The notes under the pieces were generated by a model that made no database searches, was not told where the DNA came from, and saw nothing but the letters and a program-made list of their open reading frames with translations. A DNA stretch of 63,829 nucleotides, filler included, from Reclinomonas americana ATCC 50394 (lineage: Eukaryota): the NCBI GenBank assembly GCA_048213135.1. It is 5 parts of 3 records of this genome, joined end to end, with 100 filler letters (N's around TTAATTAATTAA, not from the genome) between each part and the next. Parts side by side here need not be neighbours in the genome. Positions count along the whole stretch, not along the records: positions 44,758 to 56,644 come from PS015080.1; positions 56,745 to 59,485 come from PS015081.1; positions 59,586 to 63,829 come from PS015081.1; 2 more parts are not named here. The stretch is one strand, 5' to 3'. A program made the position numbers and the translations under genes. Shown piece by piece: positions 55,695-63,829 of the stretch. The first letter of the stretch is position 1; each line of letters starts with the position of its first letter.

Positions 55695-56035
55695 GCAACG
55701 TCGCTGCACAGATCCCGGCGTGACAGCACACTGCAAGAGAGCTCACATCACAATGAACCTCGAGTTGTCACTCATGATCGCACACATTGCACACATCTGT
55801 CGGTAGCCAGCCACAGCAGCAGCTCTTACTAGTGCACCTCTCACAAGGCGTGTCGATCCACTGCGAAATCGGCAACGAGGATCTGCATGCACATCACCAG
55901 GAACGCTAGTCGTAATGCTGTCACTGCCACGCCGCATTGGCGGCTTCTCTCTCTCTCTCTCTCTCTCTCTCTCNNNNNNNNNNNNNNNNNNNNNNNNNNN
56001 NNNNNNNNNNNNNNNNNNNNNNNNNNNNNNNNACA

Positions 56036-56110
<75 letters not shown>

Positions 56111-56202
56111 TACACACACACACACACACACCTTCCTTCATTCGCTCTCTCCCTCTCCCCCTCCCTCTCCCCGCCCTCCCGCTTAAATCTCTCACCTCTG
56201 CA

Positions 56203-56308
56203 GCCACCACCAATGGCCCCATTTATGGTTGGCGCGCCCATGTACCCACCGCCAATGCCCATGGGCTACGGGCACCAGATGCCTCACATGGATCCCTATA
56301 TGATGCGG
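56203..56308 (+). CDS. Internal exon of the second copy of the CID-like RRM gene
   Basis: PPPMAPFMVGAPMYPPPMPMGYGHQMPHMDPYMMR and flanking intron sequence match about 1600-1830 on the minus strand. Confidence 0.8.
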
Positions 56309-56373
56309 GTGAGTAAGGAGAGACAGACAGACAGGAAGACATGCAGACAGACCGAGAGACATACAACGGGACA

Positions 56374-56409
<36 letters not shown>

Positions 56410-56602
56410 AGAGAGACAAACACGCACACAGACACGCACAGACATACCTACAGATACACGGACAGACAGGGAGAGAGAGAGACGCAAAGACAGGGAGAGG
56501 GAAAGAGCGAGAAACACACGGAGAGAGACACACACGTACACACGCACGCTGACAGACACGCATACAGACAGCCGCAAAGACAATGTGTGTGTGTGTGTGT
56601 GT

Positions 56603-56644
<42 letters not shown>

Positions 56645-56744
56645 NNNNNNNNNNNNNNNNNNNNNNNNNNNNNNNNNNNNNNNNNNNNTTAATTAATTAA
56701 NNNNNNNNNNNNNNNNNNNNNNNNNNNNNNNNNNNNNNNNNNNN

Positions 56745-57921
56745 TGCACCCCCCACCACAAGCAACACGGCGATATTCAGCAAAGAGAAGCACACTCCCC
56801 TTTTTGTAATAAAGGCTGCACGTACCAGGACAGTGGCCTGCGCCTGTCCCTCAATGAAACCGGCAATCTCGCCGACCTCGCCAAGGAGCCACGACCAGTG
56901 CTGCGAGCACAGTTTGTAAATAAAAAGAGACAGAGAAAGACAACAATCTCTCACTCCCTCTCAGCCTCACCGACACGGTCTTGATGCGGGTGGTCGCCAC
57001 GTCCACATTGGTGTTGCGGTAGGCGTGGGCGTTGCGCACCGTGATGAGCAGCGCAGCCTGCGCAAAGAGGGCGCGCACAACGGCCAGCACGACGAGAACC
57101 TCGCCCGCCCTGTCACAACAAATCAGTAGTCAGCAGCGCGATCACCGACGAAAGGGGGAAAACAAAACACGACGCACAGAATGAGAGCCGATCGGTCCGA
57201 CTTGACCGTGGTGAACCTGTTGAGCCAACCCTCGTCAGTACGAGGAGGGAGTAGAGAGGAGGGATGCAAGGTCGGGGAAAGAAAGGAGGGAGGGGGAATG
57301 AGGGGCAGGAGGTAAAGGAGGGAAAGGAGGGGGAGGAGGGGGAGGAGGGGGAGGAGGGATGCAAGGTCGGGGAAGGAGGGGGAGGAGAGGGAAACGAGGG
57401 ACACAAACGCAGGGGAGCAAGGCATTTGGCAAGTGAAGTGCTTTGTTTGGAAACCAAAAGATGTACGAGAAACACAGAAACAGGTGGACCCCAACGCACC
57501 ACGACACAATCAGACGAATCGGGAAGGCGATCTTGCACACGGCGTGCACAATGCAGTAGAGTGCAGCGGCGTACAGCTGGAAGCCGCGGACATTGAGGGA
57601 GCACAGAGCGACAGCAGCATGCTCCACCATGCCAGCGAGATTGGCCACCAGCAGAGCACTCATGCAGGCATTCAGGTAGCCCTTCTCCAGCACCAGCAGG
57701 ATAAAGGCGACCTTGAACAGCGCCCAAATGGCCTACGAATGCACACTAAGCGATAAAGCGGAAGGAGAGGAAAACGAGCGGCAGAACGCAACTGCAAAGG
57801 GCGACAGGTACACAATCTTTTGCAGCAGCGCAATGCACGCCACCGACAGCTCTGCCAGGAAGTACGCCTTGACAAAGTACTCTCGCGAGACCTCGCCAAT
57901 GTACGGGATGTCGACGACAGT
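56745..57921 (-). CDS. Multi-exon hydrophobic (membrane) protein of unknown function, partial
   Basis: Hydrophobic exons (AYFLAELSVACIALLQK; AIWALFKVAFILLVLEKG...; VLVVLAVVRALFAQAALL) separated by CT-rich GT-AG introns. Confidence 0.45.
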
Positions 57922-58848
57922 CTGCGAAGGCACAAAAAATGGGGTGGTGAGAAAGAGGGGAGAGAGAAGGAGAGAGGGGGAGGGGAGAGGGAAGAGAGGG
58001 GGAGAGAGGGAAGAGAGGGAGAGGAAGAGAGGGACGGAGGGAAGAGAGGGAGAGAGGGAAGAGAGAGAGAGAGGGAAGAGGAAGAGGAAGAGAGGNNNNN
58101 NNNNNNNNNNNNNNNNNNNNNNNNNNNNNNNNNNNNNNNNNNNNNNNNNNNNNNNNNNNNNNNNNNNNNNNNNNNNNNNNNNNNNNNNNNNNNNNNNNNN
58201 NNNNNNNNNNNNNNNNNNNNNNNNNNNNNNNNNNNNNNNNNNNNNNNNNNNNNNNNNNNNNNNNNNNNNNNNNNNNNNNNNNNNNNNNNNNNNNNNNNNN
58301 NNNNNNNNNNNNNNNNNNNNNNNNNNNNNNNNNNNNNNNNNNNNNNNNNNNNNNNNNNNNNNNNNNNNNNNNNNNNNNNNNNNNNNNNNNNNNNNNNCAT
58401 ACAACAAAATCGATGGCGGAGGTGGACGCAATGCTGTGGGCCAGCCCGAGTCGGGCGACGCTCAACGTTTCGTCTCCAACGCACTATGCACACACACGCA
58501 CTTTCGTTGTTTCGCGTTTGAGTGTCGTGCTTGCGTGTGCGCCATTTCGCTCTTTTCTCTGTCTCACACACACAAACGCTCTCTGTCTTTTGCGTGTTGC
58601 GCATATCGCTCTCTTGCGTGTAGTGTGCATACGCGTTCACGTGACACACACACACACGCACGTACGCGCGGAACATTATGTGTCTGTCTGTCACTTTTGT
58701 GTGTGTGTGCGTGTTTTGTAACCGTCGAAAGCCAACGACGCACTCGCCCGTGTTCGTCGTTACAATCACACACTCACACAAGACACTTTCTTTGTCACAC
58801 ACACACTGTCTCTTACTCTCTCGCACACGCATTCAGTGCATGTGTGTG

Positions 58849-59195
58849 TGATGAAGCTCAGTTTGGTTTATTGAGTGTTTTGGCGCGCGCGCTCACACTT
58901 GCTGTTTATCATTGCCTTTGCCAATGTGGATGCACAGAAGATGATTGACTGGTTGATGCGTGGCACTGTGCAAACTGTGGACATTCTGCCTTCTGCGGCG
59001 GCCTTGGCGGTTCCAGGCGTGATTGGCCTGGTGATTTTTGTGACGCTGGCGCGCCTGATTGCCGGCAAGCTGTTTGGGGGCAAGAATGGGAGCATGGTGG
59101 CGCTCATTCTGCGGAGTGAGGTCTTCTTTGCGGCGCACATGGCGCTCTTTGTGGCCGGTGTCCTCGGCTACTCGGTGTTTACGCAGACGCAGCAG
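58849..59195 (+). CDS. First exon of a putative membrane protein, partial
   Basis: Hydrophobic segments VPGVIGLVIFVTLARLIAG and VFFAAHMALFVAGVLGY; ends at a CAG|GTGTGC donor. Confidence 0.4.
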
Positions 59196-59387
59196 GTGTG
59201 CACTTGTGTGTGTCAGTTGGGAATTGATGGGGTTTGCATGTGTGTGTGAGATGAGCAAGCGTGGAGGCTGGGAGGGTGGAGGCAGTGTCTTTGTGCGTGG
59301 GATGCAGTGTGTGTGTATGAGTGGGGGCGAGAGAGGAAGAGAGGGAGAGAGAGGGTCCCGGGAGGCATTGTTTTGCAAGTGAGTAAG

Positions 59388-59479
<92 letters not shown>

Positions 59480-59585
59480 TGAGTGNNNNNNNNNNNNNNN
59501 NNNNNNNNNNNNNNNNNNNNNNNNNNNNNTTAATTAATTAANNNNNNNNNNNNNNNNNNNNNNNNNNNNNNNNNNNNNNNNNNNN

Positions 59586-60120
59586 GGGCGACTCATGGTC
59601 GCGCAAGGCGACGACAGTGAGCACATGTCCTCGTTCTCTGTGGACATGAGTGGGTGAGCTATCTCTCTCTCTCTTTCTGTCTGCAAGGCTGGCCTCTCAC
59701 CTCGCGTGTCTGGCAGACCGACTGCCTCTCGTTTGTGGTGTCTGCGGTTCCCCGACGACACGCTGGCCGTATTCTGCCTCAAGTTTGACGTTGCCGGCCC
59801 GCAACAACAACAACAACGGGAGCAACAGGCGGAACTGGATGGCAGCTTTGCCGCCGTCGTGGCCGGTCTCGAGCCGCACGCGGTGGACACGTTGCGTATT
59901 TTGTAGAGTACTGCTCACCCACCCCCGCAGCTCACGTGTTGGCCCTCACAGCTCCACGGTCGTCGCCATGTCGCAGAGGTCGACGTCGTACCGCTGCCCC
60001 GACATTGGCAGCGCGCTGGCTCACTTCCTCGAGTCCAACACGGCCGCACGCGATCTGCTCCTGCTAGCACGCTTCGCACACGACCAGCGCATTGCCATTC
60101 CATCGCCCTTCTGCGACTGA
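59586..60120 (+). CDS. 3' exons of an unknown protein
   Basis: In-frame join HAVDT|SRVGPHSS...PSPFCD* through a GTTGCGT...CAG intron. Confidence 0.4.
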
Positions 60121-60181
60121 ACGTCGCAGCAGCGAGTGTCCTCCCGACGGCTATTGTGTGAGAGAGTGAGAGACACAGAGC

Positions 60182-62120
60182 ATGGAGCCCTCCTCAGCAG
60201 CAGCAGGAGCAGCAGCGGGTGAGGAGGCGGACGAGTTCTTCCCGATTGTGGGAGGAGGCAGCGACGACGATGATGTCTTTATGCGGCACTCGACTGCCTT
60301 TCCTCGCGGTCAACCAGTGCGTGAGGCCTCGGTGGTCTCCGACGAAGTCATCGCCAAGCGCGTAGGCAGAAAAGCCGATTATGAACGACGACGAAAAGTT
60401 GAGAAGAAAGAGAGACGCTGCGCAGCACACAGTCTCTAACATTTCTGCTGACACACTCTCTGTGCACACACATAGTTGCGACTTGCTCGTCGTCGTGATC
60501 AGCAACGAGCGCAGCATTTGGAGGCAGTCGCCAAGGAGAATGCACGAGTGGCAGCAATGACACCCGGTCAGCGCTCTCTCTGTGTGTTACAATCAACTGT
60601 CTCTCACAAGCTCTCATACTCTCGTTGACACAGAGGAACGTGCTGCGTATGATGCCGAGCGCGCGAGTAAACGCCACGCCGCAGCAGTTTACTGTGCAGA
60701 GTCGCGAGAGCGCATGCGGCGATCGCTGGAGACCGGTCCGCAAGTGGTCTTTGACTTTTCCTACTGTCAGCGTCTCATGAACGACAAGGAGATGCGCTCG
60801 TTGGTGCAGCAGATCAACATGTTCTCGGGCGAGCTCAAGCGCAGTGAGACGCCACTTGGCACGCACTTGTGTGGCCTGTCGCCGCAGTTGCAGGAGTGGT
60901 TTCCGCACTTTTCACATCGGCGGTGGACGGGAGTTGCGTTTGCTTACTGCTTTCTTGCCCTTCTTGCCCTTCTTTCCTCTCTTCTTCTGCGGCCTGGGGC
61001 GTTGTTTGGTTCCCAGTTGGTGATCCTGTCTTTACCTTTGCTGGGAAGCCTTTGCCTTCAGTTAATCGCTTTCATTCCCCTTGATCCAGTTCTTTCCCCC
61101 AATTCCTGGAAGCATTCGTTCTGCCTCTACCTCTACCTCCCAATTGCTTGCTTCCGTTCCTGGAAGCACTCTGTCTGCTTCGCCCTGTGGTTCTCCTTGA
61201 TCCTGTCGTTTTCTCCGTTTCCGGGAAGCGCTCTTTCTGCTTGTGCCTCAATCGCTCGCCCTGTGGTTTTCCTTGACCCTGTCCTTTCCTCCTTACCTGC
61301 TTTCCCAGAGTGCACTCTTTCTGCTTGTGCTTCCGACTGCTCTTCGTTTCTCCTCGACCTTGTCCTTTCCTTCTCTGCCTCTGTCTTACCGTTGCTTCTG
61401 CTTGATCCTGTCCTTTCCTCCTTTCCCCGCTTCTCCTTGATGCTCTCCTTCCATCTCTTTCATTCCTCTCTCCCTTCTCGCTCACCCCTCTCTTTCCCAT
61501 CAACCCCCTCCCAGATCCGCATGCACGAGGAGGACGTCTTCGACTTGTTTCCACCGGAGAGGCTGGTGTTTTTGAGCCCTGACGCCCGCGAGGAGTTTGA
61601 CGGTCGCCTGGAACCGGATGCTGTCTACGTGGTCGGTGGCATTGTCGACCTGCTGGTGTCCAAGGTGTGCTTCTGCTTCTGCCAGAGAGAGTCTCCCGAC
61701 GTGTACTCACCACCGGCTGGCGCGCAGAATCAAACGTACTACAGGGCAATGCAAGGCGGCGCGCGCGCCGTGACACTGCCACTGCGCAAGTTCTTCTCGA
61801 TTCGCTCCAACCCGGTGCTCTCTGTGGATCAGGCGGCCACCATTGTGTTGCGCTGTTTCGAGTCCGGCGGGGATTTGCCGGCGGCCCTGAAGGAGGTCGT
61901 GCCGGCGCGCAAGGGTGCGTGGCGGGGCGACACACCTGAGGAGCGCGGTGAGGTCGAGGAGGGCGAGGTGGAGGACGTCGAGTCGAGTGGCGACGAGGAT
62001 GAAGTTGCCGCCGCCGCCGACGACGGTTATGATGATGGCGATGACGACGATGACGACGACGATGAGGAGGAGGAGGAGGAGGACGTAGTGGAGGGAGAAG
62101 TAGCAGCCGGACCCCCGTAG
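60182..62120 (+). CDS. TRMT10: tRNA m1G9/m1A9 methyltransferase, Trm10 family (SPOUT), with acidic tail
   Basis: VVFDFSY..LMNDKEMRSLVQQI; LVFLSPDA; VYVVGGIVD; AVTLPL; VLSVDQ; ALKEVVPARK. Confidence 0.9.
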
Positions 62121-62576
62121 AGAGTGTTTTTTGCTTGGTTTTGTCGAGACGAATGCTCCAACTTGGCGAATAGATTGTTGTTTATTGCGCACATTCTCGC
62201 GCTGCTGGAGTTACTTTTTTCTCGATTAGGGACTGCGGTGAGGTATGAGCACGGCGGTTCGGAAGAGAAAGAAGACATCGAGCCACGCACCTATCGTGAC
62301 GACGGCCTTCCTCGCGACTGTGCAGAGGAGGAAACAGTCAACACAGATAACGGGATTGGAAATTGTAGATTAGATATCCATACCTGGGGGCAGCGGGCGT
62401 ATCGTGTCGTCGTCGCCTGTGAATGCGTGTCAGTGACAACAACGCACAGAGTTCACGCATCTCCCACATCGGTCACTCCACGCACCGCTCGCTCTCTCGC
62501 GGCGGCGAGTCATGTCGGCGATGGCTTCTGGTGGATCAGCATAGCAAGTGAGTATGCTGCTGCACGAGGCACCGCA

Positions 62577-63829
62577 CTAGCCACTTCTCACAAACCGCTC
62601 TGCTTCGTGTGTCGGTGGCGAGTCGTGTCGGCGACGGCGGCTGCGTGCATGATGCAAGTCAGCACCACTAGCGAACCAAAGAACAGTGCTTGAGGATGAC
62701 AAACCGACTTGCATCGGGAGACGGCGAATCGTGGCGTCTGCGACTGGCCGACTCGTCCGGGCTGTCATGTCGGCGGCGACTACTGGAGCTCTTGTGTGCT
62801 GGCGCTTCGTCGGGCGAATCGTGGCGACGACGACTGCTGTGCAAATCAGCCACACAGTCCAGCAGTCTCGCATTGTAGTAACTCACCGAGACGGCTCCTC
62901 GGGGCTGTCGTGCCGGCGTCGCTTGTGTTCTCGCTCGGGCGAATCGTGACGATGACGCTTGGAGCTGCGTGCCGGCACGTCAGAGATGTGCACGAGGAGG
63001 AGAAGAAGAAGACGATGAACTCTCTCAACTGCTCTTCCTCCGCATCGCGTCGACTGCGCTTTTCGCGCTTCTTCTCCTTCTTGCGTCTCTTCTCCTCCGT
63101 CTCGTCGTCGCTGTGCCGCGACTTGTGCCGTTTCCGCGGTGGAGAACCACCACTCTCTCTCCTCTCACCCTCGACACTCTCGGAGTCCGGAGGCGGTGGT
63201 GGTGGAGGTGCCGGTCCCAGCACCCTGCGTGCCTGTTGCTGCTGCCGCATGTGCAACTCGTTGGCCGCACGGTCGGCCGCAATCAGCGCAGCCATGGCAC
63301 CAGTCGGCGCATCAGCCTGCGAGCCGGCATCAAACCAACCCGGTCCGGGAGCACCCGGTACCTCGTGGCGTGGTGCACTGCCAAGCGCATCATCAGTTCA
63401 CACTGCGCTGGCGAGAATGCAAAGAAAGAGTGCTGCGGCGCACCGATCAAAGCCAAGACCCGTGACACGATCCATGTCCAACACAGTGCGCTCCGACTGA
63501 CCGCGACTGAACAGCTCCTTCAGCTCGTGCCGCTCGAGACCAGTGCCCGCTGCGTTCTTCTTCTTGCGTCGCTTGATGCCGCTGTGCGTGGAGTGTGAGC
63601 GCTGGGTTACGACGGACGCACTTTCTCATGCTTTCATCGTTGCCATGGTGTCAGCATCCTCTCGCTCTCACAGTCACCTCTCACTTTGCCTCTCTCTCTC
63701 TCACTCTCTCTCTCTCTCTCTCTCTCTGCCCCTCTTACGCAACAGCGCCTCGTCCATCAACTCCTGCTCTTGCTCCCGCAACAGCTGCTTCTCACGCTCC
63801 AGCTGCGCCGCCGCCTCGACTGTGTCCTC
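62577..63829 (-). CDS. MMTAG2/C1orf35-like protein with RRRHDSP repeats, 5' partial
   Basis: EKQLLREQEQELMDEAL|GIKRRK...ELKELFSRG...DRVTGLGF, followed by a K/R/E-rich tract and several RRRHDSP repeats. Confidence 0.65.

Overview
Intron-rich nuclear DNA from a ciliated eukaryote (it has BBS5; probably a protist), taken from a draft scaffold. At least five contigs are joined by N-TTAATTAATTAA-N linkers (near 31201, 44702, 56689 and 59530). Genes: a CID/RBP37-like multi-RRM protein, a VWA-FN3-kinase-PH protein, a secreted G1-peptidase-like protein, a permuted-papain-like protein, NR2C2AP, SF3B3 (with a 5S rRNA gene inside an intron), BBS5, a stand-alone tandem dynein-stalk protein, two head-to-head Cys-rich/YfaP-like secreted paralogs (one interrupted by a 2.2-kb CAC..GTG element with a TA duplication), TRMT10 and an MMTAG2-like gene. 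About 31257-56644 is a diverged inverted second copy (probably the other haplotype) of about 1600-19550. Between the same flanking genes the two copies carry entirely different genes. The main signal is in the splice sites. Besides ordinary G|GTGMG donors, at least 26 introns placed by reading frame or homology start GTTGCG, GTTGAG or GTTAAG. This is the consensus shifted by one nucleotide, and 25 of the 26 follow an exon that does not end in G, suggesting a widespread second donor-recognition register. A candidate AT-AC intron lacking the U12 signature lies in NR2C2AP. All gene models are manual and none is confirmed by transcripts.
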